A DNA stretch of 20,110 bases from Bacteriovoracaceae bacterium (GCA_041586955.1 JBFGZE010000062.1:1-20110); one strand, 5' to 3'; shown: positions 1 through 9,270, counted from the stretch's first letter. A program made the numbers and translations. Notes: generated by a model from the letters alone, not told the origin.

Positions 1-153
1 AAATTAGATTTTAAAATTAAAGAAGGTCGCTTTTCCTTGCAAAAAGAGGGGCAAGAAATTCAATTAATTGATTGGGCAAGAGGTGTTATAATCCATTATA
101 TAGTGGGGATTGATTCTCCTATTTCTTCTAATTGGCAGGATTATTTTAAGTGA
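1..153 (+). CDS. 3' end of a truncated CDS, unknown product
   Basis: Frame 1 is open from base 1 (KLDFKIKEGRFSLQ...NWQDYFK) to TGA at 151-153. The stop overlaps the GTG start of the next gene (GTGA), typical of translational coupling. Confidence 0.7.
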   Translation, partial: KLDFKIKEGRFSLQKEGQEIQLIDWARGVIIHYIVGIDSPISSNWQDYFK

Positions 154-845
154 AAGAAATGTTAAAAAATTATTTGATGGCGGTATCTCATCCCTTCCTT
201 TTTGAAGAAAAGATTACTCAGGAGAGGGAGCAAAAAATTGTTCTGCGATCCCTTCCTGATTCTCTTTACGAAGTCCCGAAATTGAATGACTTGCAGGTCA
301 AAGAGTTAGAGTTTGCTCCCACCATGGCCATCTCTTGGGTTTTTGTTTGTGTGCGGGCCTTTTATTCGCTGTTATCAATCGTCTTAAGTGTACAAGTTTT
401 TGACTTCTACCAAGATGGTGGACGCAAATTATTTCCCATGCTCTTTTCCACTGGCAATCACGTCGAAGGAAAAATGATGATCCTTCTAACATTGGCGGAA
501 ATAATCTTTTTCCCACTGACCGCCTACGTCTATGTGGGGCTTTGGAAATTTATCATTAAGTTATGTGGCCGTCTTTTTGGCGCTGAGGGTGACCTTGATG
601 AAAAGGCCGAACAAGTTGCACACCACTCTTTGGCGAGTCATTGTATGTTAATTGTGCCCGTTTTTGGCAACCTCGCTCATTACGTGACGAGCTCCATTAT
701 TATTTATGCCGGTATGCGCTGTAATTTGAAATTAAGCAGATTGCAATCCCTTTTCGTACTTTTAGGGCCGTTTATCGCTGTTTTTCTATTATCGATGCTG
801 CTTTTTTTCAGTGCGATGATATTGCTTGGCAGTATTGGCCTGTAA
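150..845 (+). CDS. Integral membrane protein, possibly Yip1-like
   Basis: 231 aa with a soluble N-terminus and about 5 hydrophobic segments; 4-nt overlap with the upstream stop. The family call rests on topology only. Confidence 0.6.
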   Translation: MKEMLKNYLMAVSHPFLFEEKITQEREQKIVLRSLPDSLYEVPKLNDLQVKELEFAPTMAISWVFVCVRAFYSLLSIVLSVQVFDFYQDGGRKLFPMLFSTGNHVEGKMMILLTLAEIIFFPLTAYVYVGLWKFIIKLCGRLFGAEGDLDEKAEQVAHHSLASHCMLIVPVFGNLAHYVTSSIIIYAGMRCNLKLSRLQSLFVLLGPFIAVFLLSMLLFFSAMILLGSIGL

Positions 846-989
846 GAAAACTTCAGTTTTTTAATTAATTGAAATTAAAGAAATTTCTTGAATGTTGCTC
901 CATGTAGGCCGTTGCTAAAAGCAATTCACTTTGAAATGATTAAGGTCTAGACACACACATCAGCTAATTGGTTGGCCAAAGGAGTCGGG

Positions 990-1640
990 GTGGTCGGTTA
1001 TTCATATTCACCGATGCTTTCTGGAAGTATCGAATTAATTTGTGGCCCTATGTTTTCTGGTAAAACAGAGGAGCTCATTCGTCGTTTACGACGGGCCCAG
1101 ATCGCTCGTCAAAAAGTGCAAATCTTTAAGCCTAAAATTGATAACCGCTATCATGAGACAGATGTCGTCAGTCATTCATCATTAACGATTGAGGCTCAAG
1201 CGGTGGCCAGGGCCATTGATATATTAAAAAACCTTTTAGACACCACTCGGGTGGTTGCCATTGATGAAATTCAATTTTTTGATGAGTCGATTTTAAATGT
1301 CGTCAATAAATTAGCTCGTCGAGGTATCCGCGTCGTTTGTGCCGGCCTTGATCAAGACTATACAGGCGCTCCCTTTGGCCCTATGGGGCCTCTTTTGGCC
1401 ATGGCCGATAGAGTTGATAAGATTCAAGCGATTTGCACCGTCTGTGGCGCTCCTGCATCTAAGACTCATCGCAAGACGTCGGAAAACTCTACTCAGGTTT
1501 TGGTTGGTGAAGCCGACATTTATGAAGCCCGATGCCGTGCGCATGTAGAGTATCATGATGAGAAGTCGGAACTTTTGGCCTTTTCCTTTATGGGGGAAAT
1601 ACAAGATGGCCAAGAAACCACCAGCACATCTAATTCTTAA
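990..1640 (+). CDS. tdk: Thymidine kinase (type II, TK1-like)
   Basis: P-loop GPMFSGKTEELIRR, Walker B AIDEIQFF, GLDQDY..PFG, and Zn ligands CTVC and RCRAH. Start moved to the in-frame GTG at 990, which follows AAAGGAG at 978-984; ATG at 1014 is an alternative. Confidence 0.96.
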   Translation: MVGYSYSPMLSGSIELICGPMFSGKTEELIRRLRRAQIARQKVQIFKPKIDNRYHETDVVSHSSLTIEAQAVARAIDILKNLLDTTRVVAIDEIQFFDESILNVVNKLARRGIRVVCAGLDQDYTGAPFGPMGPLLAMADRVDKIQAICTVCGAPASKTHRKTSENSTQVLVGEADIYEARCRAHVEYHDEKSELLAFSFMGEIQDGQETTSTSNS

Positions 1641-1645
1641 GAGCA

Positions 1646-1674
1646 TTCTAAAATCAACAACCTGATGTTATAAT
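1646..1674 (+). promoter_or_regulatory. Putative sigma70 promoter upstream of hpt
   Basis: TTCTAA (1646-1651), a 17-nt spacer, and an extended -10 TGTTATAAT (1666-1674), followed by SD GAGGAGG (1684-1690). Confidence 0.55.
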
Positions 1675-1694
1675 TCTTCTTATGAGGAGGCGTT

Positions 1695-2219
1695 ATGGCC
1701 GTGGATGTTTTTATATCACAAGAAAAAATTCAAAAAAGAGTTCAAGAATTAGCACAGGAAATTGACCAGCATTATCAGGGAGAAGAGCTCCTGATAATAG
1801 GTGTTCTTAATGGCTCCTTTATCTTTTGTGGCGATTTAATTCGCGCCATGAAGACGAATTGCAAAATAGATTTCATTCAAGCATCAAGTTACGGTAATGG
1901 AACTGAGTCCTCTGGTGAAGTCAAAATTATTAAGGACATTAGTGAAAAGATCGCCGGCCGTCATTGCCTTTTGGTGGAAGATATTGTCGATACCGGCCTA
2001 ACTCTCAGTAGTTTATTAGATCAATTATTACAGCGTGGCCCTAAGTCTCTCAAATTGGCGTCGCTTCTCTATAAGCCTGCACGTTTAAAGTATAATATTG
2101 AGATTGATTTTTTAGCTTTTGAAATAGAAGATAAATTTGTGATTGGATACGGCCTTGACTATGCGGGTGATTATCGACAATTACCTTATATTGGAATCTA
2201 TGAAAATGACGGTCATTAA
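1695..2219 (+). CDS. hpt: Hypoxanthine phosphoribosyltransferase
   Basis: GVLNGSFIF, SSYG, PRPP-binding LLVEDIVDTGLTL, and FVIGYGLDY...RQLPYI; strong SD. Confidence 0.97.
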   Translation: MAVDVFISQEKIQKRVQELAQEIDQHYQGEELLIIGVLNGSFIFCGDLIRAMKTNCKIDFIQASSYGNGTESSGEVKIIKDISEKIAGRHCLLVEDIVDTGLTLSSLLDQLLQRGPKSLKLASLLYKPARLKYNIEIDFLAFEIEDKFVIGYGLDYAGDYRQLPYIGIYENDGH

Positions 2220-3216
2220 AGGTAGTGTTCGTGTCGATTTATTAGGCGGCACTATTGATTTAAATCCCATTAATTTAATTCTAAAAAATGTGGTGACTCT
2301 TAATGCTGCGACCTCTTTGCAGGCGGAAGTTCATATTAAGGACTTAGATCAGGATATCATTCGCATCACTTCTATTGATTATGATAGTACCAATGATTTC
2401 GCTCTCTCGGCCTTTCAAGCTGATGGCGGCAATATTGAACTTTTTGGTCCACTCAATTTTATGGCGCAAATTATCGCCTATTTTAAACCGCAAAAAGGCC
2501 TTGAAATTTCACTGTCATCTGGTTCTCCTCCCGGTGCTGGTCTTGGTGGCTCCTCCTCTATGGGAGTGACTCTTTTCAAGGCGCTTAGTCACCATTATAT
2601 GCGGCCCTTCGATCCATTTCAGGCAATTAAAATAGTCAATGCATTAGAGGGTCGAATTCTCGATAAAGGACCCGCTGGTTATCAGGATTATTACCCAGCT
2701 GTTTTTGGCGGCATCTTGGGATTAAAGGCCTCTCCTGATGGCGTTGAAGTTTTACAACTCCATAATGAGAGCATGGCACGTTTTCTAGAATCCCATTTAA
2801 CGTTGGTTTTTAGTGGCGAAAACCGTTTATCGGGTATTAATAATTGGGAAGTTTATAAATCATTTTTTGATCAAAAAAACGGTGTGCGTGAAGGTCTAGA
2901 AAAAATTGCGGATTATTCTTTTAAGGCCTTAAAGTCATATCAAGAAGAAGATGGCCACGAGTTTATCCGCCTGCTGTGTTGTGAGGGGGATGCCCGCAAG
3001 GATTTATTTCCCAATATTCTAACACCTAAAATGAATGATCTTATTAATAGTTTAAAAGAGCAAAAGCTAATATTAGGGCAGAAAGTCTGCGGTGCTGGTG
3101 GCGGTGGCTGTTTTCTTCTTGCTCATCATCCACAGGACGCGCCAATGGTTGGTAAACAAGTCCAAGCGGCGGGAATGCATCTACTCGATTGGAGAATCAT
3201 GCCGCCTATCCTCTAG
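2200..3216 (+). CDS. GHMP-superfamily sugar kinase (HddA/galactokinase-like)
   Basis: N-terminal RVDLLGGTID, GHMP ATP loop PPGAGLGGSSS, GYQDYY..FGG, and C-terminal KVCGAGGGG. Likely start is ATG at 2200 (or 2206), overlapping the end of hpt. Confidence 0.88.
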   Translation: MKMTVIKGSVRVDLLGGTIDLNPINLILKNVVTLNAATSLQAEVHIKDLDQDIIRITSIDYDSTNDFALSAFQADGGNIELFGPLNFMAQIIAYFKPQKGLEISLSSGSPPGAGLGGSSSMGVTLFKALSHHYMRPFDPFQAIKIVNALEGRILDKGPAGYQDYYPAVFGGILGLKASPDGVEVLQLHNESMARFLESHLTLVFSGENRLSGINNWEVYKSFFDQKNGVREGLEKIADYSFKALKSYQEEDGHEFIRLLCCEGDARKDLFPNILTPKMNDLINSLKEQKLILGQKVCGAGGGGCFLLAHHPQDAPMVGKQVQAAGMHLLDWRIMPPIL

Positions 3217-3224
3217 GAGGATCT

Positions 3225-4172
3225 ATGGGAATAAATAATTTTGCTGGCATGAGTATGACAGGAGGTCGGAGGGATAATTTTTTCTTTTGTCTCATCGATT
3301 ATTATGCTGATCAAGATCGTTGGTTTTTAAATTCTCTTTTACAAGTGAAAAACGAAGAAGGTCGCGATGGTAATGAGGCGATTCGAAAATGGATTAACGA
3401 ATACCATGTGAAGCAATTAGTGGTCGACTTTCCGCTCTCTACACCAGCTTGCCAGGCCTGTGTCTACGATTGCCCCGGGATGGAAAAATGCCCCGTGCCA
3501 GAGGTTAAGTCGGTTCATCAGGAAATTCACGCTCTTTTACAGGAAGATCAAAAAATCCATGAAAATGGCCCTAAAACTTACGAGCGCAATCGTCTCAAGG
3601 ATCTTGAATATGATCATCATAAAAATATTCTAGATAAAGAGGCACAAGATCATATTCTCAGCCGACCCTTTAAAAGGCGTCTGAAAAAAGGCTTTTTACC
3701 CTATTGGAATCGCTCTTTGGATTTCTGGTTATGGTCTCGCTATTATGACCAGATGTTGGATATCTTTAATACCTCTTATGATTCCTACGGTTCGACCTCT
3801 TTGATGGTTATTTCGCGTTTTAGTTATTTACGGCGCCATTTTCCGCCAAGTGTGGAATTATTTGAAAGCTATGTGCCTATTATTTTACTCGAAATGTTAC
3901 GCGCTAATGTAATTCAAAAAAAAGATTTAATGAACCTTAAGAATATTATTGAGGGGGCCGAAGCACGTCTTAATATCATTAAGCAAATCGAGAAAACTCT
4001 TAATATTTTTATTTACGAACATGATTTAGAAATTATCGTGAAAAATCCGCGCGCCTTTCATTCGTTTTTATTGGCAGTCGCTGGTAAAAATATTCAAGAT
4101 GGTAAGACTCGCCAATTGCCCGTGTGGACGCTGCCAAATCTAACTCGCTTCGTATCGCCAATCTTTTCTTAA
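3225..4172 (+). CDS. DUF429-like (RNase H-like fold) protein with a Cx2Cx3Cx5C cluster
   Basis: N-terminal FAGMSMTGG strand and VVDFPLS motif resemble the DUF429 GiD...aiDaPl pattern, followed by CQACVYDCPGMEKC and a later FESYV. Start ATG at 3225 follows SD AGGAGG. Confidence 0.6.
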   Translation: MGINNFAGMSMTGGRRDNFFFCLIDYYADQDRWFLNSLLQVKNEEGRDGNEAIRKWINEYHVKQLVVDFPLSTPACQACVYDCPGMEKCPVPEVKSVHQEIHALLQEDQKIHENGPKTYERNRLKDLEYDHHKNILDKEAQDHILSRPFKRRLKKGFLPYWNRSLDFWLWSRYYDQMLDIFNTSYDSYGSTSLMVISRFSYLRRHFPPSVELFESYVPIILLEMLRANVIQKKDLMNLKNIIEGAEARLNIIKQIEKTLNIFIYEHDLEIIVKNPRAFHSFLLAVAGKNIQDGKTRQLPVWTLPNLTRFVSPIFS

Positions 4173-4619
4173 TGACAAGAGGCCGCACCAGACAAAACTT
4201 GCGGCCAAGAGTCCCAGGAGAGTGGGAATAAGGCCTAGGATATTGAGAGGGCCTATCATCGTCACAGCTAGGCCAAAAACTCCAAGTGAATAATAGACGA
4301 GAACATAGCGAAACGCCCATTTTCTTTTCTTATAATAATAAAGATACACAATGAAATGCCAGCACACGATAAAGATGGTGATTGAGAAGAGTGCCATGGC
4401 CATAATGGGAATAAAGTTATCCATAGCGCCATATTGGATTTCTTGCGTCAAATCCGGTCTAAGAGTGCTGAAATATATATGCATAAACTTCTTAAATTCT
4501 TCTGGCCGCAAAAAAGGCAGGGCCCCAGAGTAGGCGAAAAGCAATTCAACCAATAGGCAAAAGGGAAGACTTAATTTGAGAAAGCGGTCCTGACCCATTT
4601 GTTGATAAATTTTTTTCAT
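4140..4619 (-). CDS. Small membrane protein (about 4 TM segments), unknown function
   Basis: 159 aa with hydrophobic segments and a basic KKRKW loop; AAGGA upstream; 33-nt convergent overlap with the DUF429-like gene. Confidence 0.7.
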   Translation of the reverse strand: MKKIYQQMGQDRFLKLSLPFCLLVELLFAYSGALPFLRPEEFKKFMHIYFSTLRPDLTQEIQYGAMDNFIPIMAMALFSITIFIVCWHFIVYLYYYKKRKWAFRYVLVYYSLGVFGLAVTMIGPLNILGLIPTLLGLLAASFVWCGLLSLRKDWRYEAS

Positions 4620-4677
4620 CTTTCATCCTTATTAAGGTACAATTGCGCTTTATCAATAACATTATGGGGAAAGAGCT

Positions 4678-5598
4678 ATGCTTCTTCAATCGTTTCTTCT
4701 TTTAATGTCTATTATTGCTCTTTATTTTGGCGCAGAATTCGCCCTCGACTCTGCGGAGAAGATAGGTAAGAAATTGGGAATGTCTCCACTTGTCATTGGT
4801 CTTTTGATCATTGGTTTTGGTACCTCCTTACCGGAATTTTTTGTGAGCCAATTGGCCTGTTACCGTGGCCATCCAGAAATTGCTCTGGGTAATATCATTG
4901 GCTCTAATGTCGCCAATATCTTTCTTATCTTGGGTGTTGCCCTTTGTTTGGTGAAATTGCCAATTGCTGGCCGGGATTTACGGCATCAATTTGGCCTGCA
5001 CCTTATTTTAACAATTATTTTAGTTGGGATTGTTTATTACGGTGTTCTTGATATCGCCACCTTAATGATCTTGGGTACTTTTTTCGCCGGTTATCTTTAC
5101 TACACCTTTATGGGGATGGATAAAAATGGCGATGATGATGATGATGAAGAGGGAGAGGATTTAAGTTACTTAGTTCTCGGTAAATTATTGGCCGGCTTTA
5201 GCTTGCTTTATATCGGTGGTGAAATACTAGTGAGTTCTGGTTCGGCCATTGGTGAGCTCATGGGCATTTCTGAATATGTCATCTCTGCGCTCTTTGTCGC
5301 TTTTGGCACCTCCTTTCCCGAATTAGTGACCGCACTTTTGGCCTGTAAAAAGAATAAAGATGTCGACCTCATTACCGGCAATATCATCGGCTCCAATATT
5401 TTTAATATTGCTTTTGTCATGGGTGGGTTAGGTGTCTATCGGGTGCCTATCGAAGGTGATTTTCATCTGGAAATGGCCGTTCTTCTTGGAGTCTCACTTT
5501 TCTTTGTGACCTTTACCTTTTTGAAAACTCATTTGCCACGTTTCCTAGGTGTCATCTTTTTAGGAATTTACGCAAGTCTTATTTTCTATTGGGTCTAA
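4678..5598 (+). CDS. Calcium/sodium antiporter (CaCA family, YrbG-like)
   Basis: Two alpha repeats, GTSLPE...GNIIGSNVANI and GTSFPE...GNIIGSNIFNI; about 10 TM segments; acidic central loop DDDDDEEGED. Confidence 0.95.
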   Translation: MLLQSFLLLMSIIALYFGAEFALDSAEKIGKKLGMSPLVIGLLIIGFGTSLPEFFVSQLACYRGHPEIALGNIIGSNVANIFLILGVALCLVKLPIAGRDLRHQFGLHLILTIILVGIVYYGVLDIATLMILGTFFAGYLYYTFMGMDKNGDDDDDEEGEDLSYLVLGKLLAGFSLLYIGGEILVSSGSAIGELMGISEYVISALFVAFGTSFPELVTALLACKKNKDVDLITGNIIGSNIFNIAFVMGGLGVYRVPIEGDFHLEMAVLLGVSLFFVTFTFLKTHLPRFLGVIFLGIYASLIFYWV

Positions 5599-5619
5599 TA
5601 AAGCTCATAAAGGCATTGA

Positions 5620-6069
5620 TTAATCGTAGATACCGCGGCGTAATTTACGTTCGACATCACGCTTGGCATCGGCCTGGCGTTTATCGTGTTGTTGCTTGCC
5701 TTTAGCGAGAGCGATTTCTACTTTAACCAAGCTCCCTTTGAAATAGATCATAGTGGGGACGATCGTCATGCGACTTGCTTTCATTTTATGGTAAAGTTTA
5801 GCGATTTCTTTTTCATGGAGCAGAAGTTTACGCCGGCGCGCTTCTTCGTGATTATTAATATTGCCAAATTCATATTGAGGAATTTTCATATTGATCAGCC
5901 AGACTTCGCCGTTCTCATCAATAGTGATATGGCTTTCGCCTAGAGTGCATTTTCCAGCGCGCAGGGATTTTACCTCAGTACCTTGAAGCATAATGCCAGC
6001 TTCAACTTTATCTTCGAGAAAATAATCGTAACTGGCCCTTTTGTTCTTTGCGATAATTTTAATGCCCAT
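5620..6069 (-). CDS. smpB: SsrA-binding protein SmpB
   Basis: NKRASYDYF, EAGIMLQGTEVKSLR, RRRKLLLH..EI, KVEIALAKGKQQHDKR. Confidence 0.98.
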   Translation of the reverse strand: MGIKIIAKNKRASYDYFLEDKVEAGIMLQGTEVKSLRAGKCTLGESHITIDENGEVWLINMKIPQYEFGNINNHEEARRRKLLLHEKEIAKLYHKMKASRMTIVPTMIYFKGSLVKVEIALAKGKQQHDKRQADAKRDVERKLRRGIYD

Positions 6070-6078
6070 ATAATCTTC

Positions 6079-7386
6079 CTAGAATTTAACCTGCAATCCC
6101 GTAGTGAACGTATAAATATTACCACCGATTGTATAGCCTGGCGCCCCAATTTTTTGGCCGCTATTGCCATTTTCCTGCCCGGCGGTTTTTGTCACGGTTT
6201 TCTCTTCAAGTTTATGCCATTGACCAGAGAGACTGGCCGCGAGGTCGGTATCAAAAAGCTTAAAGCGATAAGTCACGCCGGTACTGAGGAGCGTGGCATT
6301 ACTATCGATACTATTCCCTGCGCCAGAAAAATTACTCTTAATGGGAGAGGGTTTATAGGCGGCCCCCAGATGCCAACTGAGCGGGTCGCTGATTCTCCAA
6401 GTGGCCCCAAGCCGGGGAATGAGTACATTCTTGATTTTAATATTTTCATATTGAGTGGAGGCGCGAACTGAGCCACCAAGGTTTTGGATACGGACGCTGG
6501 GGGATTTATATTGATCCCAGATTTGGTATTCGAGTGAGGAAATCAAGCTCAGCGAGCTCCATTTTTTGATATAACCCGCGCGGAAAATATGCGGGTCATA
6601 ATACATCATGGTTTCAATTCCAATATTGATAACAGTCAATGGTGGGTCGGTGATATCTCCAAAGGCCTGGCTCTCTAATTGGGTTTTCATTTCCTGTTGG
6701 TAGGTCAAATAACTATGCCAGGTTGGGGCCTTATAAGCGACTGAGGCGATGGCCCCTAAAGAGGGTTTGACTTCTAAGCGAGCACTTCCCAGAGAGCCAT
6801 ATTCGTCCCCCAAAGAAATACTGGTGCTAATTTTGGCGGTTGATTGAAAACCAACGTGGACGCCTAGAGACATGGCCCAACGCTCGTTAAAGGGATGGGC
6901 ATAATTGAGATGAATCTGGGTGCGTTTATAGCGGGCGCGGTACATGACATATTCGGGCAATTGGGGGTGACCGGTATCGGACTCTATTACTTTTCCTAGC
7001 GGTGAGTAATAACTCATACCCAAAGTACCCGGGGCCTTAAGGCGTACGGGCAAAGTCAGGTTTGCGCCCCAACCAAGATAATTATGATAATCATCGAGAG
7101 CATCGCCAGAAGCAGTGCCGGAATTGGAATTGGTCCCATTTTGGACGGTGATCCCTTTAATCGGTTTAAAGTCGGGAGTGACTTGACCAGTCATTAAACT
7201 GAGATTGGCGTTTGGCGACCAAGCACTTAGCGCTGGTGCGTAATAAAGATTGGCGGCAGAATTGATGGCATCGCTGGCCTGTCCGCCCAGCGCCTGAGTG
7301 ATCGGTGAACTACCAAACATTTCCGGGTAAGAAGCGTGAGTCGAGCTAAGATTAAGAGCAAGGAGCAGACCGAAAATCAACTTCAT
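6079..7386 (-). CDS. Outer-membrane FadL/OmpP1-like hydrophobic-compound channel
   Basis: Signal peptide ending THA, hatch-like ALGGQ...AANLYYAPAL (FadL consensus AMGGA...YYNPA), amphipathic beta strands, and a C-terminal Phe (GLQVKF). Confidence 0.75.
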   Translation of the reverse strand: MKLIFGLLLALNLSSTHASYPEMFGSSPITQALGGQASDAINSAANLYYAPALSAWSPNANLSLMTGQVTPDFKPIKGITVQNGTNSNSGTASGDALDDYHNYLGWGANLTLPVRLKAPGTLGMSYYSPLGKVIESDTGHPQLPEYVMYRARYKRTQIHLNYAHPFNERWAMSLGVHVGFQSTAKISTSISLGDEYGSLGSARLEVKPSLGAIASVAYKAPTWHSYLTYQQEMKTQLESQAFGDITDPPLTVINIGIETMMYYDPHIFRAGYIKKWSSLSLISSLEYQIWDQYKSPSVRIQNLGGSVRASTQYENIKIKNVLIPRLGATWRISDPLSWHLGAAYKPSPIKSNFSGAGNSIDSNATLLSTGVTYRFKLFDTDLAASLSGQWHKLEEKTVTKTAGQENGNSGQKIGAPGYTIGGNIYTFTTGLQVKF

Positions 7387-8192
7387 GGGGTTAGGCCTTT
7401 TTGATAAAAGAGGTAGAGTGATTGAATTTGTTCCAAGGTTAAGGCCTCGGCCCTAATTAATGGCGACAATCCTTGCTCATCAAAAAAGGGCAATAATTGA
7501 TCGCGTTTCATAATATTGCCTAAATTTTTAACGAGGGTTTTGCGTTTAAATTGAAAACATTGGCGTAGAAATTTTTCTAAAGACCCCAATTGATCCAAGG
7601 GGAGAAAGGTCTCCCTTTTACGCGTAAAACTTAAGACCGTGGAATCAACTTTTGGTGGCGGAGTAAAACTGCCAGGGGGTACATGGCAATTGACGGTCAG
7701 GTCAAAATAACTTTGGCATAAGGCCATTAATGAATTCATGGACTTTTTCTTAGGGGTATCAATGGCAAAGGCCTTATTCGCCACTTCTCTTTGGAACATT
7801 AAGGTCATCATTTGGATGGAATGAATGTCCATAAATCGACGTAATAAAGGCACTGAGACGTTATAGGGGAGATTAGAAACCAACCAGACCTTCGATCCCA
7901 ATTTGGAATGATCAATAATTTGGTTTAGGTCAACCTTTAAGGCATCGGCCAGGGTGATGGCGCCTTCGCCAATATGAGGTGCGATATAGGGGGGAAAGCG
8001 AGGATCTTTTTCCACCACGTGAATAGGTAATTCGTGCTTGGCGAGAAATTCGGTAAGAACTCCTGGACCTGGACCTACTTCTAAAATACCGGAGGCCTCT
8101 TCATGGAAATCTTCGGTAATGCTTTTAATAACTTTTGGGCAATTGAGAAAATGTTGGCCTAAATCTTTGAGCGCTTGAGGAAAGTTTTTCAA
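7383..8192 (-). CDS. rsmA: 16S rRNA m6,2A dimethyltransferase RsmA/KsgA
   Basis: LGQHFL, EVGPGPGVLT, VEKD, SNLPYNVS, MFQREVA, FTPPPKVDS, RKTL..., RAEALT. Confidence 0.97.
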   Translation of the reverse strand: MKNFPQALKDLGQHFLNCPKVIKSITEDFHEEASGILEVGPGPGVLTEFLAKHELPIHVVEKDPRFPPYIAPHIGEGAITLADALKVDLNQIIDHSKLGSKVWLVSNLPYNVSVPLLRRFMDIHSIQMMTLMFQREVANKAFAIDTPKKKSMNSLMALCQSYFDLTVNCHVPPGSFTPPPKVDSTVLSFTRKRETFLPLDQLGSLEKFLRQCFQFKRKTLVKNLGNIMKRDQLLPFFDEQGLSPLIRAEALTLEQIQSLYLFYQKGLTP

Positions 8193-9262
8193 GGTCTGGA
8201 CTCCTTACGCGCTTTTATTAATTGTTCCCCGCGATCAATGAAGCGACCACGAGCATCGACTTCCAAACATTTGGGATAGGGGATTTCAAGTTCTGCTTTG
8301 GCACGATAGGCGTAATTGGCAATCATCGCGCCATTATCGGTACAATATTTGGGAGCAACATAATAAACGTTACCGTACTTCTCTTTCAGACCGGAGCGTA
8401 GAGCAGAATTACAAGCAACACCTCCACCCATGACAATCGGTAGATCGAGCCCTGTTTTTTCTTTGGCCAAGGCCTTGGCATAACGTGTTTTAAGAGCGAT
8501 GGCATCGACGATTGCCTTTTGATAAGAAGCACATAAATCTTTCATCTTTTGATCATCGGCCGCGGGAGCTTCATTTTTATGAATCCATTGGCGTAAACTG
8601 GTTTTAAGACCTGAAAAGCTCATGGTGGCATTCTTAGAGCCTTTGAGACCAATGGGGAACTCAAAGCGTAGAGGGTCTCCCTCTTTTGCGAGATCATCAA
8701 TAATTTTACCGGCCGGGTAGCCTAGGCCTAGCATTTTTCCACCTTTATCAAAGGCCTCGCCGGCGGCATCGTCCATAGTTGAGCCAAGAACTTCCATATC
8801 GGTTGGTGATTTTACTAAAAAGAAAAGAGTATGACCGCCACTGACACAAAGGCCCAGGTAGGGGTAGTTTACTTTTTCGGTTAAATGGATCGCTTCTACA
8901 TGGGCGTAAAGATGATTGACGGGAATGAGAGGCAATTCATTGATCATACAAATAGTTTTGGCCGCGTTGAGTCCGGTTAAAAGAGGGCCCAATAATCCGG
9001 GTTTGGTGGTGACACCAACAGCGGTGAGATCAGAAAAGGTTAATTGACTGTGGTCTAAAACTTGTTGAATCAGCGGGCAAATTTTGGCCAAGTGAAAACG
9101 TGCGGCGATTTCGGGAACCACTCCTCCCCACGTTTTTAAGAGAACTTCCTGCGAGAATTGAGAGAGGGCAAGAATCGAGGACTCCCCGTCATTTCCCTCT
9201 AAAATCGCGATTGATGTATCGTCACAGCTGGTTTCAATACCCAGAATTAATTCTTTTGGCAC
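8189..9262 (-). CDS. tsaD: tRNA N6-adenosine threonylcarbamoyltransferase TsaD
   Basis: ILGIETSCDDT, GGVVPEIAAR, NHLYAH, VSGGHT, DDAAGEAFDK, SFSGLKT, GGVACN, CTDNGAMIA; GTG start with SD GAGGTG. Confidence 0.98.
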   Translation of the reverse strand: MPKELILGIETSCDDTSIAILEGNDGESSILALSQFSQEVLLKTWGGVVPEIAARFHLAKICPLIQQVLDHSQLTFSDLTAVGVTTKPGLLGPLLTGLNAAKTICMINELPLIPVNHLYAHVEAIHLTEKVNYPYLGLCVSGGHTLFFLVKSPTDMEVLGSTMDDAAGEAFDKGGKMLGLGYPAGKIIDDLAKEGDPLRFEFPIGLKGSKNATMSFSGLKTSLRQWIHKNEAPAADDQKMKDLCASYQKAIVDAIALKTRYAKALAKEKTGLDLPIVMGGGVACNSALRSGLKEKYGNVYYVAPKYCTDNGAMIANYAYRAKAELEIPYPKCLEVDARGRFIDRGEQLIKARKESRP

Positions 9263-9270
9263 CCTTCACC

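Noticed and set aside
847..889. Short hairpin AAAAC-TTCA-GTTTT and palindrome AAGAAATTTCTT
   Set aside because: Very AT-rich and weak; cannot be supported as a terminator or operator.
4140..4172. 33-nt convergent overlap of two CDS 3' ends
   Set aside because: Common in compact genomes, with no further sign of antisense regulation.
5131..5145. (GAT)5 trinucleotide run
   Set aside because: It encodes the acidic central loop usual in CaCA antiporters and is in frame, so it is not evidence of phase variation.
5983..6471. 162-aa + strand ORF and the other short alternative-frame or antisense ORFs in the track (e.g. 1311-1646, 14744-15283, 19453-19713)
   Set aside because: They overlap well-supported genes, have no recognisable motifs and look like shadow ORFs.
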